From Deltaproteobacteria bacterium (GTDB lineage: Bacteria; Myxococcota; SpSt-1050), in the NCBI GenBank assembly GCA_026416535.1, contig JAOAFA010000050.1:1904-65903 (forward strand): a stretch of 64,000 nucleotides of DNA, in the 5' to 3' direction. The notes under the pieces are model-generated. The model had not been told where the DNA came from, ran no database searches, and saw only the letters and a list, made by a program, of their open reading frames with translations. Position 1 is the first letter of the stretch. Every line of letters starts with the position of its first letter. This document shows, in pieces, positions 17,922 through 26,788 of this stretch. A program made the position numbers and the translations under genes.

Positions 17922-20249
17922 TCACTCTACCACCATTTTTTCTGAAAACAAGTTATAAGAATTATGCTCAATTTTTATTATTACTTCACCTTGAGTTAAC
18001 CTCATGTCTAATAAACACTCCCCCCTTTCATCCGTAAGACACTCATATTTACTGTTATTCTGCTCAACACTTATTTTCACAGTATTAATAGGCGATTTTT
18101 TGTCTTCATCATAGACATAAAATTTATACGAGTGCTCACCAGCTGAAAGAGCTCTATTTATTTTATAAGCCATTGTCTTAAGATAAATAAAAGGTAATCC
18201 TCCGACATACTTAACACCAAGAGTATCAAGCAGGGGGACAGATACATTTACCCCTTCTATATTGTATTCAAAAGATCTATTTCTATCCTGGATTTCCATC
18301 CCGTGATCAGAGGTAAACACAAAGAGGGTCTTATCGAAGATCCCCGCTTTTTTATAAAGATTCATTATTATCCCTATTCTATAATCTGTCTGCTCCAACA
18401 CTCTCTTTACCATATCAGAATGGGGCCCCCATGTATGACCTGCTCCATCAGTAGAGGTTAGATTTATCATTACAAGATTAGGGATAGGTAATTCTCCTTT
18501 TTCAAAGAGATATATCATCTGATTAACAGCTGTATTATCAGCTGACGTCACCTGTTTTAATTCTTCTATGATAGGTAACGGCTCATACTTATATGAAGAG
18601 AAATTATAGATTAAGGATTCCAATGTAGCATAAGTTGCGCCTCTAGTACATGGTTGATTGATAGATGCCGTAAATTTGCCAGTTCTATTTGACTTGGGGT
18701 CATATCTCCCAAAATTCCTATGATACGCCTCAAAAATTGTCTCAATTTCTTCCCTTAGATATCGAGATGGAGCTACTCCCAAATCTATCAAAGTAAGAAG
18801 CCTCCCGCTATCCCTAAGGTAATAAAGATTATTTACAATACCATGATGCCCTGCATATACTCCTGTTCCTATGGAATTATGAGAGGGAATAGTCACAGAA
18901 AAGTAATTAGTAATATGTCCATATTTAAAGTAGACACCATCTGCAAAAAGTGACCTAAGATTAGGTATATTATAATTACTATCAGCAAATGCCCTATCAA
19001 GCTCTGTATGAGAAAGACCGTCTGAGACAATTATTATCGCATACTCAGCAATCTCACCATTTACAATCTCTTCAATTACATCTCCGTCTTGTCTTCTCAG
19101 ATAATTTTCACTTGTCAGTTGATTGTATTTATTAACACCTATTATCTTAGAACCTCCCAAAATTTTGATCACTGTTGGTGCTATATCAACTACCTTAACT
19201 GATTTATCGTATATCATCCCCTTAAATACCCCCTTCCCAGAAAATATCAATGGTGAACGAGATTGAGTAATATCAAGACTACCATGAGCACCTATCTCAT
19301 ACAGGCCATCGCCATAAGGCTGTGGAAGACCTATAATATCTCCAGAATTAGGATCATCAAATAGCTGAGCAATTCTCTCATAAGCAAATGGATAAGAGGT
19401 ATCTTCCTCTTCAATAAAAGAAAGTCTTTCATCATTTTCAACGTAGCCAGCACTTTGATACTGAGTATTTTTGGGATTTTTACCTGCCCTAATCTCTTCA
19501 GAGTAAGTAGATAGATACTTCTCATTAGTATTTTCTATCGGATTTACCCCACTGATAACTCTTACTGGATAAACATATTCTCCATCTGATAACACTCTTT
19601 TAAAAGCTACCACCCCTCTTCTCGAGTATACAAAATACTCATCATCCACCTTAGTAATCAACATCGACAATCCTTCTGCATGGAAAAGGCTGTCCTTTAT
19701 TCTTTCAAACACGAATATCTCATTCCCATTTAATCCTTGATCACCAACTCTCTCAAATGGAATATATGAGTTAATACTTACCAAATACCTACCACCATCC
19801 TTCAACTCTGATGACCTTAATATACCAAAATAATCTCCATCATTTACTGTATTATCAGCATTATTATCCAAGAGCACAAAAATACCTTCATTTTCCTCAA
19901 GATTAATAGTTATTGTCTTATTTGTTACCCATTCTGACCTAAATACTAAGGTATTTAAATCGGGTAGCAATTTTGACTCTCCAAAGAAACCATAAATAAA
20001 GATTTTATCTGCTTTATCAGAATTTGAAATGTTATTCCTCACCGATATCTTTACAGTCTTTCTTGATATATCTACATCAACAATTCCAATATCATCTGTA
20101 TAATCTGGCCCAGCATCTATACATGAATCACTCAATAAATCGGTATATTCTGCCTCTTTATCATCTGAACAAAATAAAATAAACAAGAACAACCAAAATA
20201 GATTGATAAACCCTAAATGTCTCCTTTTAATTAAATAAATAGAATGCAT
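17922..20249 (-). CDS. Secreted alkaline-phosphatase-superfamily enzyme, nucleotide pyrophosphatase/phosphodiesterase (NPP) type, with ~400-aa unknown N-terminal region
   Basis: C-terminal half: IIVSDGLSHTEL, FSVTIPSHNSIGTGVYAGHHGIVNN (cf. 'T.TfPnH.sl.TG..P..HGiv.N', nucleophile Thr), TSTDGAGHTWGP, FVFTSDHGM. N-terminal signal peptide ending LFILFC. AAGGGA SD. Confidence 0.7.
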   Translation of the reverse strand: MHSIYLIKRRHLGFINLFWLFLFILFCSDDKEAEYTDLLSDSCIDAGPDYTDDIGIVDVDISRKTVKISVRNNISNSDKADKIFIYGFFGESKLLPDLNTLVFRSEWVTNKTITINLEENEGIFVLLDNNADNTVNDGDYFGILRSSELKDGGRYLVSINSYIPFERVGDQGLNGNEIFVFERIKDSLFHAEGLSMLITKVDDEYFVYSRRGVVAFKRVLSDGEYVYPVRVISGVNPIENTNEKYLSTYSEEIRAGKNPKNTQYQSAGYVENDERLSFIEEEDTSYPFAYERIAQLFDDPNSGDIIGLPQPYGDGLYEIGAHGSLDITQSRSPLIFSGKGVFKGMIYDKSVKVVDIAPTVIKILGGSKIIGVNKYNQLTSENYLRRQDGDVIEEIVNGEIAEYAIIIVSDGLSHTELDRAFADSNYNIPNLRSLFADGVYFKYGHITNYFSVTIPSHNSIGTGVYAGHHGIVNNLYYLRDSGRLLTLIDLGVAPSRYLREEIETIFEAYHRNFGRYDPKSNRTGKFTASINQPCTRGATYATLESLIYNFSSYKYEPLPIIEELKQVTSADNTAVNQMIYLFEKGELPIPNLVMINLTSTDGAGHTWGPHSDMVKRVLEQTDYRIGIIMNLYKKAGIFDKTLFVFTSDHGMEIQDRNRSFEYNIEGVNVSVPLLDTLGVKYVGGLPFIYLKTMAYKINRALSAGEHSYKFYVYDEDKKSPINTVKISVEQNNSKYECLTDERGECLLDMRLTQGEVIIKIEHNSYNLFSEKMVVE

Positions 20250-20973
20250 CTTTTAATCCCTTTAGTCTAAAATTCAGTTCTATAGTCTATCATAAATTAA
20301 TAATAAATCAAAGCTTGTCGAAACAGATATTTTCGCCTTGCTTTGGGATATACGGAACGAAGGTGTCATAAAAACCTATCCACAATTTTCAGACAAAATT
20401 ATCTGATACTTTATGCCTATATAAGCAAAAAGAAAAAATACATACACTATTCACATCTATATAACTTTCAACAACACACAACTCAAAAAGCCTTTTCTAT
20501 CTATAGAGAATAAACCGTGAACTGTAAATCATACTCATGCAGAATAAATAACAAACTTCGTTAATTCAACACATAGACAATGTGAGACAGCAGAGACATT
20601 AATATGCAACAATTATCAATGTTGTGGTAGGTTATAAAATTATACTTTAAAATCCTTATAAAAATACTCTAACCAGACTCGAACTCACCGCTATCTCTTA
20701 CTCCCAAAAATCTTTTCAATAGCAAAAGACCGTGTATTTGAAGTTTGGTAAAATTCTTAAATCTTAACTAAGGTTATTATATGGATTTGTTTTTCTCGCC
20801 TAGAATTGAAAATCAATACAAATTACAATCTTATCAGATTGCTAAATTAAATTAGGAAATACTTAATATCGGAGGGATGTATGATACAAAAAACCATATC
20901 TCACTTTCTATATTACAAATCAATAATGGAAACTGGGTCTTCTGTAGAAAAGACTGAAGCAATACAAAAGTTT

Positions 20974-21606
20974 TTAGCTGGTATTCTTTAAACTCCTACG
21001 AATCATCTCTACACACGTAAAAACTGGTAGAAGCATATTAATAATATCTTCCTTCTCAATATCTATAACAACATTTTTACCAATAATAGTCACGTTCCCC
21101 ACTAATTCACCTTTATATACAAATCCAGCACTATAGCAATGGAAAGGACCCAACACGTCATCAATTAAATCGACGAGTACATCGGGGAAACCCTTTAATG
21201 CAGCATCTTTTAGCCCTCTTGGTATTCTATGCAATCTACCCTGCAAGAGTGAAAGCTCAGCCAGTTTGTCTTCAAGAGGTAGTTTCTTACCAATCATATT
21301 TATATTACCAAACTTTAGTATCAATTCAATAAACTCTTTTAAACCAACAAGTGCTACAATCTCAAGTTTTCTATCTTTATGATCATATCTATTAATACTA
21401 ACAAGTGCCCCCTTGATTAACTCAGAAACAATCTCAGCTTCTATTTTATAAATATCATCATTTTCAAAATTTCCCTTTGCCACTTCTGCAAACAACTGCT
21501 CAGTCTTTTCTTTTACACTAACAAACGAAGTCGAGTCTAATAGTTTTAAAACCCTATTTTGCCCACCAAATATTTCATCTATAAAGTGATCTATCTTCTT
21601 AGTCAT
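20974..21606 (-). CDS. Hypothetical cytoplasmic protein (possible GAF-like C-terminal half)
   Basis: 210-aa ORF with a GGGGG SD, 58 nt after the BatA-like gene. The only weak resemblance is a GAF-like end (AGFVYKGELVGNVTIIGKN...). No confident family call. Confidence 0.45.
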   Translation of the reverse strand: MTKKIDHFIDEIFGGQNRVLKLLDSTSFVSVKEKTEQLFAEVAKGNFENDDIYKIEAEIVSELIKGALVSINRYDHKDRKLEIVALVGLKEFIELILKFGNINMIGKKLPLEDKLAELSLLQGRLHRIPRGLKDAALKGFPDVLVDLIDDVLGPFHCYSAGFVYKGELVGNVTIIGKNVVIDIEKEDIINMLLPVFTCVEMIRRSLKNTS

Positions 21607-21664
21607 AACTTTTTACCCCCACTAGTGATGTACTACCATACTCATCAAGAAATATCTATAATTT

Positions 21665-23677
21665 TTATCGGCGATTGATAATAAACATCTCCAACATCAA
21701 AATACAGCCCAATATAATCAACAAAAATTCTACAAGACTAAATTTCCCACTTCTGATCATGTCTGAAGCAACTATTAAACCTGTATCTTTCTTTTGATTA
21801 CTATTGGTCTCAAAGGCAGGGATATCAATCCTTTTCATTTGAGATTCAAACTTATTTGCATTAACTACTAGCACAACACTCTGATCTTTATCATCTAATT
21901 CATAAAACCCACAATTATACGGAGCGGTAAATTTGACAACGCGTCCCTCAGATGTATTATCTCTGCATATTATATTGGGACGAAAAATTTCACTGTCGCT
22001 TTTAAATACAATATCTTCATAACAGTTACTAACATTAAATGAAACCTCCTCACCAATATTTGAATTAATAATTACCTTTCTAAAAAGCTCATCTAACATT
22101 TTATTTAAGATATTAGTAAAAAGGGGAAGATAGGATTTTCTTATGGGAAAATCATTCATATCCATATCTAATGATGTTGTATACAACATGACGAGACCTT
22201 TTCCATAATTTTTACTTATCAATATTGGTTTCTTATTGCTTGTCCTGATAATCACATCCGATCTTTCTTTCTCAGCTACTTTAAAATACTTATAAATTTT
22301 TACTTTTCTAAGATTTGCCATAATATCATGTCTCCATCCATAAAACAGATCATCCTCCACTAATAAATATTCATCTTTTTCTGCATCAGTCACTCCAATA
22401 ATCTCAGCAGGCATAAATCTTAACTCATTGTATCCACCGATATTAATTCTATTTCCCAGAGAGATAAAGACTTTACCTCCCTCAATTATATATTTGTATA
22501 GTATATCCGCTTTTAATCTCTCCAAACTACTCACATTTGCCAAAAAGATTACATCATACAGCTCAGGTGTTTCTGGAATCATATCTTCAAGAACAGTATA
22601 TATCTTAACAGATTCACCAAAATAGCTCTTAAGAGCATTTACTATAAAAAAAATCTCACTTTTAGTTTCATCTGGTGATGGCTCACCGTTTACAATTAGA
22701 ATTTTACCTCTTCTTCCTACTCGGTAATAAAAATATTCAACATTGTCATATTCAAAGCTATCGCCATTCAGCTTAAATACAAAGTAATGTTCTTTCACAT
22801 CATATTTATCGCCGGAGATTTCAAAAGATATATCTGCCTTATCCATCGGTGAAATATTAATGGATAATCTCTCAATCAACGACCCATTATCATACAATTG
22901 AAGGTCACCATAAAACGGAGATTCACCTCCATTTTCTACAGAAACAATCAACCTTATAACCCTTTCGTCAAAATCCTCAACGTTTATCAAACTTATAAAA
23001 GCATTTGATATTGGAGGCAGATTTAATATTGGTATATCTATACCTCTTCTTTTAATGTATTGTATCATGTTTTCTTTGTTTTCCGCAAAATGAGAATAAA
23101 AATCTGAAAACAACCCAACCTTTGAATATTTCTCTTCATCTAAGATAGAGAACAACCCGACAACATCCTTCTCAAAAGTAACAGGTCTATAACCTCTCAA
23201 CACCTTTTTACTAAGTCCATCTTTCATAACCTCCTCTATTGCAAATTCACTCTTATTGTTATCTGACAGAGTTAATAAAGTAACTCTACTACAAAAATTG
23301 GAATTCTTGCTTACATACTCCTCAGCCATCTTAACAAGTCTATCTTTTATCGTCATACCATCTATATTGGCCTCTGTGGATGGTGAATTATCAATAATAA
23401 TAAGACACCTTTTCGTATTATCGCTACCCTCAATAGGATACTCCACATACATCCCAGCAAAAGTAACTACAGAAATCAACACAAACAATACCCTCAATAT
23501 TAATAAGAGGAGTGAATGAATCATCTTCTTCTTGATAATCCTTTTTTTAACCTTCAAAACTATTGGCAAAGGTGAAAATACCTCATTAATAGGTTGCTTT
23601 GTTTTTAAGAAGTGTATAATAATAGGGATGACTCCAAGAATTAGGGCATATAGGAATATACTATTAGAGAACTTCAT
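21665..23677 (-). CDS. BatA-N (double-transmembrane N-terminal) domain protein, large periplasmic/extracytoplasmic body, C-terminal TM
   Basis: FLYALILGVIPIIIHFLKTKQ...LLLLILRVLFVLISVVTFAG matches the aerotolerance BatA N-terminal double-TM signature. C-terminal TM FSLVEFLLIILGCILMLEMFII. The track start is TTG 23695. ATG 23677 follows the DUF58 stop as TAAAATG. Confidence 0.7.
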   Translation of the reverse strand: MKFSNSIFLYALILGVIPIIIHFLKTKQPINEVFSPLPIVLKVKKRIIKKKMIHSLLLLILRVLFVLISVVTFAGMYVEYPIEGSDNTKRCLIIIDNSPSTEANIDGMTIKDRLVKMAEEYVSKNSNFCSRVTLLTLSDNNKSEFAIEEVMKDGLSKKVLRGYRPVTFEKDVVGLFSILDEEKYSKVGLFSDFYSHFAENKENMIQYIKRRGIDIPILNLPPISNAFISLINVEDFDERVIRLIVSVENGGESPFYGDLQLYDNGSLIERLSINISPMDKADISFEISGDKYDVKEHYFVFKLNGDSFEYDNVEYFYYRVGRRGKILIVNGEPSPDETKSEIFFIVNALKSYFGESVKIYTVLEDMIPETPELYDVIFLANVSSLERLKADILYKYIIEGGKVFISLGNRINIGGYNELRFMPAEIIGVTDAEKDEYLLVEDDLFYGWRHDIMANLRKVKIYKYFKVAEKERSDVIIRTSNKKPILISKNYGKGLVMLYTTSLDMDMNDFPIRKSYLPLFTNILNKMLDELFRKVIINSNIGEEVSFNVSNCYEDIVFKSDSEIFRPNIICRDNTSEGRVVKFTAPYNCGFYELDDKDQSVVLVVNANKFESQMKRIDIPAFETNSNQKKDTGLIVASDMIRSGKFSLVEFLLIILGCILMLEMFIINRR

Positions 23678-23678
23678 T

Positions 23679-24548
23679 TTATTTAGTTGTTTCAAAAAAA
23701 GAAAAGAGTATATCTCTTAAACTCATATTTTCCGGACATAGTATATACTTACCCTTTTCACTAAAGGTAAGGATCTCCTTCAACTTATTAATATAATTGT
23801 TTAATTCCGCTTTATATTCCTCCCATATATTATCGCATTGTATAATAAGTTTGCTATCAGAGTCAGGATCTGTTAGAAGTCGCAACCCCTTCTTTGTTGG
23901 ATTTAATTCGTCATCACACAATATATGAAATATATACTGAAAATTCCCTGTCGCAGAAATGGTATTGACAGAGTTGACTACCGAATCAGGATCCGAAAAC
24001 AGATCAGAAAAAAGGCATATTATTGAATTTCTAGGTATTATATCCAACAACTGCGTATACTGAATCAAAAAATCGCCTCTAGCCTCTTTACTGGTATTAT
24101 ATATATCATTTACTGTTTGAATAAGATAACCTTCACCATACTCACCAACTTTTACCTTCTCATTTTGGAAGATCAAATAAACATCATCTTTAAGTCTCAA
24201 AAATATATTGGCAATAGCAACCATAATCAGAAGTGCCTTTACAAATTTCCCATTATGAAACATTGAGGCTGACGTATCAACAAATAAAAACACGGAATTC
24301 CTTTTGTTGTCCTCAAACCTTTTGATAAAGAATCTTTCACTCTTTAAAAAGACCTTCCAATCAACAAATCTCAGGTCATCTCCGTAAACATACCCTCTAT
24401 AGTCCAGGAATTCAACGTCTAGCCCGCCACTTTTACTCTTATGGATCCCAGACAATATTTCCTCAAGAACAATCTCTGATTCTACAATAGCCTTTCTAAA
24501 CTCATCTAAGAGTTCAAGGGAGTTTTTAAGTTGAGACAAAAACTCCAT
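23679..24548 (-). CDS. DUF58 (vWA-like) family protein
   Basis: FLDYRGYVYGDDLRFVDWKVFLKSERFFIKRFEDNKRNSVFLFVDTSASM is the DUF58 signature. The track start is TTG 24605. ATG 24548 (MEFLSQ...) lies 4 nt after the esterase stop. Confidence 0.8.
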   Translation of the reverse strand: MEFLSQLKNSLELLDEFRKAIVESEIVLEEILSGIHKSKSGGLDVEFLDYRGYVYGDDLRFVDWKVFLKSERFFIKRFEDNKRNSVFLFVDTSASMFHNGKFVKALLIMVAIANIFLRLKDDVYLIFQNEKVKVGEYGEGYLIQTVNDIYNTSKEARGDFLIQYTQLLDIIPRNSIICLFSDLFSDPDSVVNSVNTISATGNFQYIFHILCDDELNPTKKGLRLLTDPDSDSKLIIQCDNIWEEYKAELNNYINKLKEILTFSEKGKYILCPENMSLRDILFSFFETTK

Positions 24549-24552
24549 AATA

Positions 24553-26769
24553 TCAATATCTTTCCTCAACCTCTTCAGGTAATCTTGTGCGGTAATTCTT
24601 ATCAATATATTCTATCAAATCTATCAACGAGTCTTCATATCTCCCAATGAATTTATCAGCCTCTTTTCTACTTTGAGCCCAAATGTTTGAGACAGCATTA
24701 GTATAAAATGATCCCCTATTACACTGTCTCACCAAATTAGCCTCGGGAACATCTCTCTCTTTACCGTCTTTACCCACACACAGAAGCATCCCACGATTGG
24801 GAGAATCTGTACAACCACATTCAGATTCGTCGGTCTTAATGTTTTTATAGCAACACTTACCATCAGGATATACTATAATAAATTTTGGAAGTGCCCCCTG
24901 TGCCATATATGTCTGAAATATACTCCCGGCCGCCCCCATATCTCCAGGCTCCATCCCATACCCGTGCATCAGATAAACCACGGGATATCTCTTATCCTTA
25001 TTTTCCTCATCAAAATAACCTGGAGGGAGACTTATCGCATATCTTCTATAGCCCCCTAACGACTTACTATAGAACCATTTGTTTTGGTTCAACCCTGCCA
25101 TAGATGAGGATACCGGCTTCTTATCCCACTTTGGGAACCTCTTTGAGGTAAACGCAAGAAACGTCAGAAATCTATTAATTACTTGAGAAGCTGTGCCCAC
25201 ATGAGCACCATCCCCATCTAAGATTTGTTTCTTTGTAGCATCTGGATTCCCGTATCTTACTAACACATATCTTCCAAACTTCTTCCTTGAAAAATCAATC
25301 TGTGGAATACTATCCATATATTCTGTCTCTGTAACCCCTGGAAGAATAGATGTTGGAGTTGAGAAGAAGTCATCATAAACTCTCGCGTCTAATCCCAAAC
25401 TTTTTAAGGCACCAATTGGTCCACTTGAGACAGCTGCTGATAAAAAGATGTCCCTTATCCCCCCGTCTATATAAATATCCAAATTTTTTAGCTTATTAAT
25501 ATCTTCTTTTGCAATCCTCAAAATATTCAATCTCATATCATGCGCAAAAAAATTAAGAACATTAGGTGAATAATCGAACTTTCCATTATCTTCCCCATAA
25601 TCTGAAGGGATTCCCTCAGCAACATCAGCCTTAACTCCATCTAGCCCATAGTCATTAAATGGCTCACCCTCATCATAAAGGCCATTTTTTTCTGTTCCGT
25701 TAAATCTATCCCACACATCATAATTATCCCTATTAGGGTCTGGATTAGTCTCTTTATCATATTTGCATTTTGATTTATCTGCAGTACAACAACCTCCATT
25801 GCCATCTTCATCTTCATCAAAACACCCATCAACTCCAGTATCTTTGAATCGCTCATGAGAATTCAACACAACTGGTTCACCATAATCCCTCAGTCCATTT
25901 CTATTATAATCCACTGCAACAACAACTACGAAGGGATTGTCGTGTTTAGGATAGTAGGGATCATACTTTCCTGATTCTTCATAATATTTTGGATCTTTCT
26001 TATCAATGGGCTCTTCACCATCGCAAAATGATATCAAAGGATATTTGCACTCAGGATTATACTCGGCATTACAATTATAGGGGGGGTTGTCAATGATAAT
26101 CGGCTTTATACATCTATCAGTTGATCTTATCCACTCCAGATATTCTTCAGGTTTTATTCCTGAGGGTAAATATGGAGAGAACTCATTATAATAACCTGGA
26201 TTCCCCAACGCCATAGATAGATCTTGAAAGAGTTTGATATATTCATCACGATCAAATGCCCCACCTGAATCAAAAAAATACCAATGGTTAAAACCCTGTT
26301 CCCACTCCAGATAGACCTTATCTACTGGATTTATAGGCGGCTTCTTCCCACAATAAATGTTAGGATTTTTATTGGGGTCATTTATATCTTCAATATTTGC
26401 TAAAATTTGTTCCATTGGGCAGAAACCACCCATATGATATTTTTCTATGTAGTTTAACAAATAAACCCAATCGACGTACCCACCTATCACTCCAATAATG
26501 TCAAATAGTTCCACGTGTCTTAATCCTATCATACCAGCACCACACGCACCCATAGACACACCCGCAAATGCTCTGTATTTAAACAATCTCTTGGGAACCT
26601 GGACATCATCCTCGGAAATATCCGTTGAAACATCCTCAATATCCTCATACGATACATCTGCTGTAGATATATCCTGGCTAACATCACCATACTCAATCTT
26701 ATGCTCATCAACGCAACACCAAAAGCACACAGCCAAAAAAGCTATAACCATGGCTACACTTAATCTCAT
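24553..26769 (-). CDS. Secreted esterase-D/'putative esterase' family alpha/beta hydrolase with permuted motif order and an acidic Ca-binding-like (thrombospondin-type-3-like) insert
   Basis: FAGVSMGACGAGMIGLRHVELFDIIGVIGG (GxSxG) lies near the N-terminus. LDIYIDGGIRDIF and DGDGAHVG come later. RRYAISLPPGYFDEENKDKRYPVVYLMHGYG...FIIVYPDG...DLIEYIDKNYR is at the C-terminus. A D/N/G-rich block (DTGVDGCFDEDEDGNGG...NPDPNRDNYD...DYGLDGV) sits in the middle. Start set to ATG 26769 (MRLSVAMVIAFLAVC..., signal peptide) with GGAGGG 7 nt upstream. Confidence 0.7.
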   Translation of the reverse strand: MRLSVAMVIAFLAVCFWCCVDEHKIEYGDVSQDISTADVSYEDIEDVSTDISEDDVQVPKRLFKYRAFAGVSMGACGAGMIGLRHVELFDIIGVIGGYVDWVYLLNYIEKYHMGGFCPMEQILANIEDINDPNKNPNIYCGKKPPINPVDKVYLEWEQGFNHWYFFDSGGAFDRDEYIKLFQDLSMALGNPGYYNEFSPYLPSGIKPEEYLEWIRSTDRCIKPIIIDNPPYNCNAEYNPECKYPLISFCDGEEPIDKKDPKYYEESGKYDPYYPKHDNPFVVVVAVDYNRNGLRDYGEPVVLNSHERFKDTGVDGCFDEDEDGNGGCCTADKSKCKYDKETNPDPNRDNYDVWDRFNGTEKNGLYDEGEPFNDYGLDGVKADVAEGIPSDYGEDNGKFDYSPNVLNFFAHDMRLNILRIAKEDINKLKNLDIYIDGGIRDIFLSAAVSSGPIGALKSLGLDARVYDDFFSTPTSILPGVTETEYMDSIPQIDFSRKKFGRYVLVRYGNPDATKKQILDGDGAHVGTASQVINRFLTFLAFTSKRFPKWDKKPVSSSMAGLNQNKWFYSKSLGGYRRYAISLPPGYFDEENKDKRYPVVYLMHGYGMEPGDMGAAGSIFQTYMAQGALPKFIIVYPDGKCCYKNIKTDESECGCTDSPNRGMLLCVGKDGKERDVPEANLVRQCNRGSFYTNAVSNIWAQSRKEADKFIGRYEDSLIDLIEYIDKNYRTRLPEEVEERY

Positions 26770-26788
26770 CTTTAAACCCTCCAAAAAG

